From Octopus vulgaris (lineage: Eukaryota), in contig OX597815.1 in assembly GCA_951406725.2 (NCBI GenBank), positions 153,822,001 through 153,886,000 on the forward strand: 64,000 bases of DNA. Reading direction: 5' to 3'. Of this stretch, positions 42,386-53,075 are shown one piece after another. The stretch's first letter is position 1, and the number at the start of each line of letters is the position of its first letter. Made by a program: the position numbers and the translations under genes. The notes beneath the pieces were generated by a model, which saw only the letters and a program-made list of their open reading frames with translations, was not told where the DNA came from and searched no databases.

Positions 42386-42422
42386 CTATTGAAAAGGTTG
42401 CAACACGCAACGAAAATTTTAG
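42386..42422 (+). ncRNA. Minimal type I HHR motif with U3-A8 core in the PLE pLTR (inverted copy at 38013-38049)
   Basis: cta TTGAAAA g GTTGC aacac GCAAC GAAA AT TT tag. Confidence 0.65.
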
Positions 42423-42597
42423 AAAATAAAAATAAAAAATAAGTGGAAATTTTACCGGTGAGTGTGTTAAATAATAAGGAACTAAAAGAGAATGACTCTC
42501 CTCAGACACAACGGAATATGCTTCAACACACAAACTCATATAAAGAATCTTGCAAACCAAATCCAAAAACGAAATATATATATATCTATATATATAT

Positions 42598-43112
42598 AAT
42601 GATAAATCTCAGAGCGAGTTATAAACAGTAGCGGTAACACATCGTGACGCATATTTGCCATTTGAATATGGCTAACCCCTAAGGATGGATGCTACTGTAG
42701 TTTGTAACCCCAGGAAGATATCTCCTCCAGCTGGCTATAGACACACTATCTGTGTCCTCTCAATATTTGTGAAGGGGAGTCATCCTCCCCGTCTTCAACT
42801 CATGATACACACGGACCCGAGTTTCAAGGTGTCAATCGACACTGGAAAAAGTATATGTATTTGTGAAGGGAGCTGACTTCTCGTCGACAACCATGATTGT
42901 CACGCGCTGATGAAAGGTAAACACCTTGAAACTCGGGTCAGTGTGTATCATGAGTTGAAGACGGGGAGGATGACTCCCCTTCACAAATACTGAGAGGACA
43001 CAGATAGTGTGTCTATAGCCAGCTGGAGAAGATATCTTCCTGGGGCTACAAACTACAGTAGCATCCACCCTTAGGGGTTAGCTATATTCAAATGGCAAAT
43101 ATGCGTCACGAT
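42598..43112. mobile_element. Fold-back element (about 190-bp arms) with a canonical HHR
   Basis: 42643-42832 is inverted against 42921-43110, inside (TA)n. A related decayed element lies at 57490-57830. Confidence 0.85.
42901..42945 (+). ncRNA. Type I hammerhead ribozyme motif
   Basis: cacgcg CTGATGA AAGGT aaac ACCTT GAAA CTCGGG TC agtgtg. The other arm has cgtgtg, which restores a 6-bp stem I. Confidence 0.8.
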
Positions 43113-43121
43113 ATATATATA

Positions 43122-44230
43122 TAAACTTTCAAAAATCTCATTTTAAGTAAGTCCACAGGTTTAAGTAAATATATATGGGAATTGAGATCTACAAAATGTG
43201 AGTACTCCCTTAGTCGGAGTATAATAGGTAGAGTCCATTCTTATAATATTGGGAATAAAATGTGCTTATTATGTATAACAGAATTTATGAAACTATTACA
43301 GTCTAGAGACAAATTACTAAACACATACGAAGGAAGAGGAAATAAATGTAGACACCAAAGTAATTTTACTTTCAATAAAACGAAATACTGAACCGCTCCC
43401 TTCCTCTTGATTCTCATCACCACACAGTTTTGATTTCTACAGTACTAGAATAGATTATATAAATAATTAAATAAATAAATAAAATATAAAATATTACATT
43501 ATAACAAATTATATATATCCCTCAAAATAGTTGGATAGAATATAATAATATAAGCAGAAAATTTATTTAAACTTTGTTTAGTGGAATTACATTCCTTAGA
43601 ACTAACCACCCATAAATTCCCATAGTGCATTGCTATATTCATTTCCTCTAACCACCATTTTGAATGACATCTTGTCCTCTCACAACTGGATATGTATCTT
43701 TATTTTTTACATTTCAACACAGAACTCTTCATTCTGATTTATAATCTAATAATTTTATGATTTTATATTGGACATTCTACCTTTGAGATTCTAAGTTTGA
43801 TATATTTATGTATGCTAATTTATATTTATAATTTATAATTTTTAATTCTTAATTTTGTAAAGTTTATTTTCTTAATTTTTAAATTAACGCTTAAGTATTA
43901 TAATGATTTAAAATAACTAAAAATATAATGAAACATGAACCTGAAGATGTGTTGGTAGAATTATAAATATGATCATTAAATATATTCTGATCTTCTAATA
44001 CAGAAACACGTGTAGTTCCTTTATAATTATAATTTTAACTTAAGTAAGGGCTAATTAAGGTAGTATATTTTATATCCTGATATTGTACTGGTTTTATTCT
44101 CAAGTATTATTTCTTGATGTGCTTATAAATACCACGAATTTTTCATCATAAATACTCGTTATATTCTTTTTGCATTATCTGAAATGGAATACCCACAAAT
44201 CTATTGACTGAAAGTCCAATAACTGAACTA
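43122..44230 (+). mobile_element. 5'-truncated PLE 3' end (GIY-YIG C-terminus, AT-rich 3' UTR, HHR)
   Basis: YSLSRSIIGRVHSYNIGNKMCLLCITE...LLN...NKCRH resembles the C-terminus at 61974-62375 (IKWKIL..RLCLAEK..CPH). Bounded by (TA)n. Confidence 0.7.
43937..44018 (+). ncRNA. Type I hammerhead ribozyme, canonical core, extended stem II
   Basis: gaac CTGAAGA TGTGTTGG..CTAATACA GAAA CACGTG TA gttc. Stem I 4 bp, stem II 8 bp (two G-U), stem III palindromic ACACGTGT, GUA site. Confidence 0.85.
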
Positions 44231-44529
44231 TATATATATATCCATATATATGTTGATGCAAGCAGGAAAAATAGAACTCAAAATCTAAGTATATGTATAT
44301 TTTTTATTAATGTATAGCTGAAGCAACAGAATGACTCAAGGTCTGAGAGTTTTGTGCGTTGGCACTTATGAAGGTGCCAACGTATGAAACTCTTGGAAAG
44401 CGCTAATAAAGAAACTCTGGAAAACACTAATAAAAAATTATCCAAATTTCTGATTGCCTCCTTTTTCTCAATATACAGCATCTGTACACTACTTTGAATA
44501 TTCTATACCTACATACGTAAGTACGTACG

Positions 44530-44564
<35 letters not shown>

Positions 44565-44873
44565 GTATGAGTGTGGTTGTGTTTATGTGTCTGTATTTGT
44601 GTTTGTGCCTGTGTGTGTATGTGCATGTGTACGTGCGCATGTGTGTGTGTACGTGCCTTTATGTTTGTTCCCCGCCCCACCGCTTGACCACTAGTAACAC
44701 CGAGGTTCAGCAAGAGACTGACAGAATAAATGCAAGACTAGGCTCGATTGCTCGACTAACCTCATCAAGGTTGTGCCCCAGCATTGCCGCAGTTCAACGA
44801 AAACCCGAAAAAAATAAAAGCTGATACTCCTTCCCCCATACACACATCATACTACACTTGTACATCTTTACGA

Positions 44874-44936
<63 letters not shown>

Positions 44937-44949
44937 TGCGTCCTTTTAA

Positions 44950-45182
44950 AGCCTAGCCTGGGTCATGGGCCCGCTTTCCCGGTTTCAATGGCGTATATGT
45001 TCCCCAGCCAGATGGGACGCTAGTTCATCGCAGCGTTACTCATTTTTGCCAGCTGAGTGAACTGGAACAACGGGAAATGAAGTGTTTGCTCAAGAACACA
45101 ACGCGTCGCCCGGTCTAGGAATCGAAACCACAATCTTACGATCACGATGCTGACACCGTAACTACTAAGCCACACGCCTCCT
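44950..45182 (-). mobile_element. tRNA-derived SINE family C
   Basis: Head GAGGAGGCGTGTGGCTTAGTAGTTAC...GGTTTCGATTCC. Body matches 2243-2695. Confidence 0.8.
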
Positions 45183-45526
45183 CGTATATATCACAAAGAA
45201 CATCTACGCACCCCGTGCCCTCACCCACCGGAATGACCGCTGCCTGACCCGTTAAAACCTTCAACGCACCCACCACCCGTTTTCAACATACACTGATAAA
45301 CAGTTTGGCCATGGGCTCTTAGGAGCCTCGTTCGATTTGTTTTGCTCCGCCTCTGTTCTGTTTTTGTTTTTTCCAACGGATTTCCTATTTCTTCCTGAAG
45401 AGAAAGACACAATATAGTCTCATTATTCAATCGGAATTTGGTAAATTGTGCCTTTCGAAACACGTGTAGAATGAAATAAAACGATTTCTGTTCAATCTTC
45501 GTTCAACTCCATTTCTTCAATTCACT

Positions 45527-45559
<33 letters not shown>

Positions 45560-45737
45560 CTAATAAAAAGGGTTCAGCAAAAGAATTGCCTCACCACATA
45601 CCGAAGTTCAGAAATAGCAGCCAAAATCTTAGCCATTTCTTCTACTTTAAAAAAGGGTCTTCCAGAGAACCCAAAATACTTGAAGTTTAATCACACAGGC
45701 GGAGAGTAAAGCAAAGAAAATCAATCAATATCCGATC

Positions 45738-45826
45738 ATCCATAGACGCGCGTTTCTGAATTAGGTTTTTGCATAAAGAACATAACAAAATATACTTTAC
45801 TAACCATATTATTCATCAGTATGGAT
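45738..45826 (-). ncRNA. Type I hammerhead ribozyme motif, canonical core
   Basis: atccata CTGATGA [long, imperfect stem II] GAAA CGCGCG TC tatggat. Stem I 7 bp, palindromic stem III, GUC site. It lies in a (TA)n-flanked unit at about 45560-45975. Confidence 0.75.
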
Positions 45827-46944
45827 TTTCTGTTATAATCCGGAGGTACTAGAACATTTGAACGAATTATTTCATATAACGGTGTTTAGCCGTTCGCATT
45901 CGATGTTAGTAACGCTAGATTCAAAATATGATTGAGAACCGCTTAGCTTCCCTCGCCTTCCACGTGTGTCTCCAAGTAATATATATATATATATATATAT
46001 ATACCTGTACAAAACCCGCTGGCAAACACCAGAGGAGCTTTTATTTCTGTGCACCAAATTCCATTCGCAAACTATTGGTCAATTGAAGACTATTGTAGAA
46101 GACGCTTGCTTGTGTAGAATCGAACATTAGGAACCCTGTACACGTTCGTTTTCCTGCCTGCAAGTAACAACCTCAAATCCCTTGAACGATACTTTACTTG
46201 TCTAACATAAAGAAAGGATACATTAATTAATGCACAATATCCTTCGACCAGACTTCACTCACATGACGTTGGTGGATCAGTGATTAGAATAGGAAACACG
46301 CACCGCAGGTGCCGTGTTGCGGAATCGAACCAGAACCCAAGCAGTTGCAAAGAGAAACTCTTAAACCTACGGCCATGTCTACGCCCACTTATGATATGAA
46401 TTTTCATTCCTTTTAAGACTATATTTATTTGATATAATATTTTATACATCTATACAGACACTGTCTAAAGGGAGATACATTTCAATCAAATTTTATAAAG
46501 TAAATTTTCCTTGTGTTCTTATTTTTATTAGTTCTCTAGTATGTTTTAGTTATCATGCTAAAGCCATACTGGTACACCGCCTGTAGGTCTAATATTTCGA
46601 CTATTTTCTGATTTCCCATTGGGGTTGAAATCTTTTAATCAATGCTTTCCTTACTATGGGGAAATATCTCATTTAAAAAGATTAAAAAATAAATACAAGC
46701 GGAAAGAGAAAAAAAAAACGGGGCACAAATACCGAATATGAAATAGTTGATTTATTATTTACAATGTTTAAGAAAATTATAATTTTTAGTTCATTAAATT
46801 AAATTTACTTCAAAGAATCGATCACCAGCGATGGCATAAGTTACACTTGTTAAGGGAAATTATTTAACAAAGGAAAAAGTGTCATCTAAGTCTACATATG
46901 AAATAGACCTACATAGTTACAGATATACACCACGCTTAGCTATC

Positions 46945-47118
<174 letters not shown>

Positions 47119-47457
47119 GTCTATCTATCTATATGTAGAAATTTTGTATATTACGAGATATCGTTTTACATCTGTCTATACCTACAGTGTTGGCAGAAAA
47201 GTCTGTTGATACATTGCGAAGTACAAAATAACATTAAAACTAAAGCACTGTTAACGCAGCAGGAATCCATTAATCAATCTAGCTGCCAAGAATATGTTGT
47301 GTGCGTGGTGGTGTATGCATGTATGTATGTATGTATGTATGTATGTATGTATGTATGTATGTATGTATGTATGTATGTATCAATCTATCTGGAAAATTTG
47401 AGATGACAATATATAATTATCGTATGAACTTCTTTAGCTTACAAATGCACGTGTGTA

Positions 47458-47506
<49 letters not shown>

Positions 47507-47652
47507 ATGTGTGAGTGTGCGTAAATTGCTTTATTTAGTTTTCTTAACACATTCGTAGTAGTGAATTAATAAACAGCTTTGTGAGCGGTTAAAGAGAGTT
47601 CGCAGTCAGTCACTGATGAAATACCAACAAAAGATCCTGTACAAAAGTATAT

Positions 47653-47815
47653 AGGCGCAGGCGAGGCTGTGTGGTAAGAAGCTTGCTTCCCAACCACATG
47701 GTTCCCGGTTCAGTCCCACTGCGTGGTACATTGTGCAAGTGTCTTCTACTATAGCCTCGGGCCGACCAAAACATTGTGAGTGGATTTGGTAGACAGAAAG
47801 TGAAAGAGGTCCGTC
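47653..47815 (+). mobile_element. SINE family B 5' part
   Basis: GGCGCAGGCGAGGCTGTGTGGTAAG...GGTTCAGTCCC. Confidence 0.8.
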
Positions 47816-47819
47816 GGTG

Positions 47820-49315
47820 CCTCAACAAAATCATGTTCTTCCTTCAAAAATACAACTCCGGAAACATACTAATGATGGGTGATTTTAACCTCCCTCATAT
47901 AAACTGGCCCACAAATACTCTGAAGTTAGGCAAATGCTCTACATCAGATAAAGCAGCAGCAGAATTACTCTTTAATCCAAATGATAAATTCTTTCTGACT
48001 CAGCAAGTGCTTGAACCAACAAGACAGAATAAAACGATCTTGGATCTAATATTAACCAACCACTCTAGCTCCGTTCACAGTATTTCAGTTGAAAAAACTC
48101 TCCTCTCAGACCACGACATGATACTCTGCAATATAAAAATCAAACCAGCGAATCCCACTCCATGGTACTCATTTGACAACACAAACTTCCACAAAGCGGA
48201 CTGGGGAGCAATCAGAAAGGATCTGTCCTTCATCGACTAGTCTTTCTCGCTCAGTTCCACTGACTTTGAGAACATTGTCACCTATACATACTCAAAACAC
48301 GCTCCTACGAAATCCACTAACACAAACAGAAACCGGCTCCCTAAAAAGAAAAAAAGAACCACTCATCAGGCGCATCAAAAGACTCAATAAAAAAATCAAC
48401 CAATTAAAATACTCCCACATACAACATCCACATTCAACAACAATGAAAAGGCTGGAGTTGGAAAAACTTCATCTGCAGTCCGACATGAAAACTGCCATTG
48501 AAAATCAAAGAGCTGCGGAGGAACAGTTGGTAATCAAAAACATCAAACAGAACCCAAAAGTGTTGTATTCTTATGCAAATAAGCATAGAACCGCTGTCTC
48601 ACCCATTGGGCCATTGATCGATGATAACGGCATTCCCTAACACGATGCTAAACAAATGGCAGAAATACTGCTCTGTCTTTAGTGATCCCACTGATATTGA
48701 CGTAAGAGAAGCGAAATTGATTCCCAACATAAAATCCCGGACATAACCTTCACTGCCTCTGACATCATAGCAGCAATAAATGCGGTCAAATACTATTCTG
48801 CTGTAGGCTCTGATAGATTCCCCGCTAGTCTCCTGAAGGAATGTAGACACCAACTTGCAGTCCCTCTGACCAACCTCCAGTCTGATCTATATGCTGTGAG
48901 TCAATGGGCAGACAAAAACAAAATGCAACTGAACGAGGGAAAATTTGAGCTGATGCAATTTGGAAGAAAGTCATACTAAAACAGCCATACTCTCTTCCTT
49001 CAGGGGAACCGCTCACGGCATCTAATAATATCAGAGACCTGTGTGTAATTGTAGATATCAATCTGAGTTGGAGTGACCACATCAACAATAGGGTCGATAT
49101 AGCTCGTAAGATGAGCCCCTGGATCTTAAGAACCTTTCGATCCAGAGAACAAGGTGTCATCATTCCACTTTTCTCCTCCTTTGTAGGTCACACCTCGAAT
49201 ACTGCTGCCCCTTGTGGTTTTTCTATACAAAACAAAACATCTCGAGGATTGAATCATTCCAGAGGGCACTCACTTAACGAATTGAAGGCATGACTGATCT
49301 CGATTATTGGGACCC
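47820..49315 (+). mobile_element. Decayed, internally deleted CR1-clade LINE (endonuclease plus RT pieces)
   Basis: MGDFNLPHINW, EPTR..ILDLILTN, LSDH, IKQNPKVLYSY, QLNEGK, ILRTFRSR. Confidence 0.8.
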
Positions 49316-49319
49316 CATT

Positions 49320-49500
49320 TTGGGGGACGGGGTGAGTTAAGTATATCGACCCCAGTGTTTAACTGGTACTTATTGTATCGATCCCGAAAGGATGATAGGT
49401 AAAGTCGACCTCTGCGAAAATTGAACTCATCATAACGACGGGCGAAATACCGCTTAGCATTTCGTCCAGCGCGCTAACGATTCTGCCAGCTCGCTGCCTT
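49320..49500 (-). mobile_element. SINE family A
   Basis: Matches 3131-3361. Confidence 0.8.
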
Positions 49501-49542
49501 AATAATAATAATAACAACAATACTAATAATAATAATGCTGTA

Positions 49543-50078
49543 GCAGGCAGTGGCTTTCATGGTTTCTGATCTTAACTAATTGGAAGTGTTATCATGTACA
49601 TGTTTTGTCTTGGTATAAAAAATGGGCTACAGCAAATATTCAACTCAATATCAGATTTGCTCGTCAGTTGTTTGACCATAACCAGTTGGGCATGTCATTT
49701 GGTGGCTGACGATATGTGCATCTCTGATAACGAGCAGAAGTAGTGGAGGAGCACCATATCCATGTGTTGAGAGGAATTCTCTGGTGTTTGAATAATTCAC
49801 ATATGGAGACATTGGTATTTTGTTCAACATCCTTAAACAACCCTTATTCAAGGATCATTTAGGCGGGATGGGCTACTCGACCTGAAGATAATTCTAACGG
49901 GGCCCCACCTGCAAGGTCATGTGCTGTTTACTTTGATATGAGATCACCATATCGCGCACATATGGTTGTGATGCATGTGCCTAGTGTACCCTTATCTGAC
50001 AGGTAGTAATGATGGATATATTGGGCTTCGTATATTTTACCCTATGTCACTTTCATGGCACACGCTGCTCTCTCACTC

Positions 50079-50131
<53 letters not shown>

Positions 50132-50720
50132 TAATAATAATAACAACAACAACAACGATAATAATAATAATAAGTACCAGACAGTGACTCTCATGGCTCC
50201 TGATCTTAACTGATTGGACGTGTTATCATGTACATTGTTTTGTCTTGGTATAAAAGATGGGCTACAGCAAATATTCTGCTCAATACCACATATTTGCTTG
50301 TCTGTTGTTTGACCTTAACTAGTTGACCATGTCCCTTAGTGGCTGACGATATGTGCATCTCTGATCACGAGCAGAAGTAGTGGGGGAGCATCATAGCCAT
50401 GTGCTGAGAGGGATTCTTAGAGGTTTGGATAATTAACCTCTGGAAACATGGGTGTTTCGTTCAACATCCTTAAACAATCCTTATTCAGGGACCTTTTGAG
50501 CGAGATGGGTTACTCGACCATAAGAAAGTTCTAACTGGGCCCCACCTGCAAGGTCATGTGCTGTTTATCTTGATATGAGATTACTATGTCGCGCACATAT
50601 GGTTGTGATGCATGTGCCTGGTGTACCCTTATCAGATGGGTATTCACGATGGGTATACTGGGCTTCGTATATTTTACTCCAGTGTCACTTTGATGGAATG
50701 CATTGCTCTCTCACTCAACA
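49543..50720 (-). mobile_element. Two tandem copies (about 49543-50078 and 50173-50718) of a ~0.54-kb non-coding element bounded by (TAA)n
   Basis: The copies are similar along their whole length and separated and flanked by (TAA)n. One end of the same element also sits in (TTA)n at 15093-15140. Confidence 0.8.
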
Positions 50721-51832
50721 ATAATAATGATATATGTGGGTGCGTGTGCGTGCGTGTCTGTTTTATTTTGAATGTGTTATACATAGTATTTGAAAATTTC
50801 TGGTGAATTCTATTTGCGGATTAATTACATATCAAAACAAAAGAACTGGAAAAATTTCGTATATTTTTAATTCCCTGTTAGACGTGTGTCATTATTGATA
50901 TTCTGCTCGAATCTTTGTCTGAAGAATTACAAATAGCAGATCCTATGCATATTTTTCTACATGTACAACTTTGTAACTCCTATCGTATGAAATGGAATTA
51001 AAAATATGCCAAATTTTTTTTCCAGTTTTCTGTTTTGATACATCTATATATGTATTATGTATGCATATTTTCTTTCTCTCTCTAATTTATAATTTATTTT
51101 TGAGCGGACACCTTCCCAGTGGCAATGTTATAAAGAAGAAGAAATTATAATCGTCTCGTGTGTAAGCGCTCTTGCTTTGAATCGTAAGAACGTGTTACAA
51201 ATGTTAAAGGTTCCAGATATCGCGGCAATTTATAGTTTATGAATTGTATGTATGTATGTATGCATGCATGCATGCATGTATGTATGTATGTATGTATGTA
51301 TGTATGTATGTATGTATGTATGTATGTATGTATGTATGTATGTATGTATGTTTGTTGTATGTATGCATGCATATATATGTATGTATGTGAATGTGTGTGC
51401 GTGTGTTTGATTTAAGTTCTTAAGAGAGTTCAAGCCGGATGCTAACAAAACGACAAAACGTTTTGAGTTAAGACAGTTCCAGGTGTTTGTAAATATGTGG
51501 TTGAGTTGCTGTGTTGGTTGAGCTGTCAATGGACACACCAAAGTGTGTGTATTTATTCTTCTGAAGAATCTCAGATGGAGGATTTTTGGAATGTCTTACA
51601 AATCTCCACTGCGCCACTAATTGATTGGATTTGAAGAAAAACCTATTCTAGAGTTTGTGTAAATGTTCAGGTACAAAGCTTCATGCACCTACGATGAGAG
51701 GTACCAATGAGGGTACAAGAGCTGTCTGTATCTATCTATCAATCTGTTTGTCTGTTTGTCTGTCTTTCTGTCTACCCATCAGTCTAATCTCTCTCTCTTC
51801 ATGCCCCCTCTCTTTCTCTCTCTCTCTCTCTC

Positions 51833-51894
<62 letters not shown>

Positions 51895-51915
51895 TATATA
51901 TATATTTATATATAC

Positions 51916-52416
51916 TTTATTTAAAAGCAGCAGCAATATAAAAAAAAGCTGTTACTCAGAGTTTCACGTTCCCGTTCGTCGGGCAGTTTTGTTAAAATAG
52001 AACAGAAATAACGATATGATCAAGACTAGTTAAAGGACACACCTTTAAAAATGGATTTGTGTCATTGGTCCTTTCAAATAACGGTCTTATGCATGCGATA
52101 AACAACTTTTTTATGTAATAGGATGAATTTATATTGAATTAATTTATTTTGTTTATTTTGTTTATCGTATGCTTAAGACCGTTATTTGAAAGGATCAATG
52201 AAACAAATCTATTTTTAAAGGTGTATCCTTTAACTAGTTTTGATTTTATCGTTATTTCTGTTCTATTTAAAAAAAAACTGTCCGACGAACGGAAACGTGA
52301 AACTCTGAGTAGCAGCTGTTGTTATATTTCTGCTGCTTTTAAATAAAGCATATTACTCTACCTTTGGTATTCGAGTACTCTTTTTCCACCTTGTTTCACA
52401 TTTATGTACTTACACC

Positions 52417-52420
<4 letters not shown>
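51916..52420. mobile_element. Fold-back element (about 190-bp arms) with CCGACGA-core HHR motifs at 51949-51986(-) and 52278-52315(+)
   Basis: ctgt CCGACGA ACG gaaa CGT GAAA CTC t GAG TA gcag. Arms 51916-52105 and 52158-52348, flanked by (TA)n. Confidence 0.82.
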
Positions 52421-52453
<33 letters not shown>

Positions 52454-52550
52454 CGGGAAGCTTTATGAAAATAAACAAAAGACGAAGGCAGGTGGAAAAC
52501 AAACGAACAATTGTATTAGTATGGCGCTCAGGAAATATAAATAAAACAAG

Positions 52551-52588
52551 TCTTTAACGTTTCGAGCCTACGCTCTTCAACAGAAAGA
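52551..52588 (-). ncRNA. Minimal HHR motif in the PLE 3' pLTR (A6U core variant)
   Basis: tcttt CTGTTGA a GAGC gtag GCTC GAAA CG TT aaaga. Confidence 0.7.
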
Positions 52589-53075
52589 TACACGGAGAGA
52601 GAAAAACACAGAAAGAAGGAGAGAAAAAAATGCGTGCAGTAGCTAACGAATCAACATGGCGATCTGATTTCGGCCAGAGGTCAAAGATCAAACATGAGAC
52701 GCGAGAGCGAAATAAGGGGAGATAATAGGGTTGATAAATGGGTTGAGGGACCAGCTAAAAGTGCGTGGGAGGGGTCTGGATGTGTGTATGTATAGGGTTG
52801 GTGTATGTATTAGTATGTATAAGGGTGTGTGTGTGTGTGTGTGTGTGTGTATGAGAGAGTATTAGTGCGTAAGATTGGTCTGGACGTGCGTATGTATGGG
52901 GTTGGTGTATGTATTAGTATGTATTAGTATGTATTAGTACGTATTAGTATGTATAGGTGTGTGTGTGTGTGTGAGAGAGAGTATAAGTGCGTATGCGGGG
53001 TCTGGACGTGTGTATGTATAGGGTTGGTGTAAGTATTAGTATGTACTAGTATGTATTAGTACGTATTAGTATGTA

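Larger units (their letters stand above)
37922..42575 (+). mobile_element. Penelope-like element with about 0.6-kb inverted terminal pLTRs and a decayed ORF
   Basis: 37922-38615 is the reverse complement of about 41936-42514. The internal coding remnant carries RT and GIY-YIG motifs. Flanked by (TA)n. Confidence 0.9.

Noticed and set aside
50915-50995. CTGAAGA plus TTACAAA/TTTGTAA stem in a small fold-back
   Set aside because: GAAA does not follow the stem and there is no cleavage triplet or stem I.
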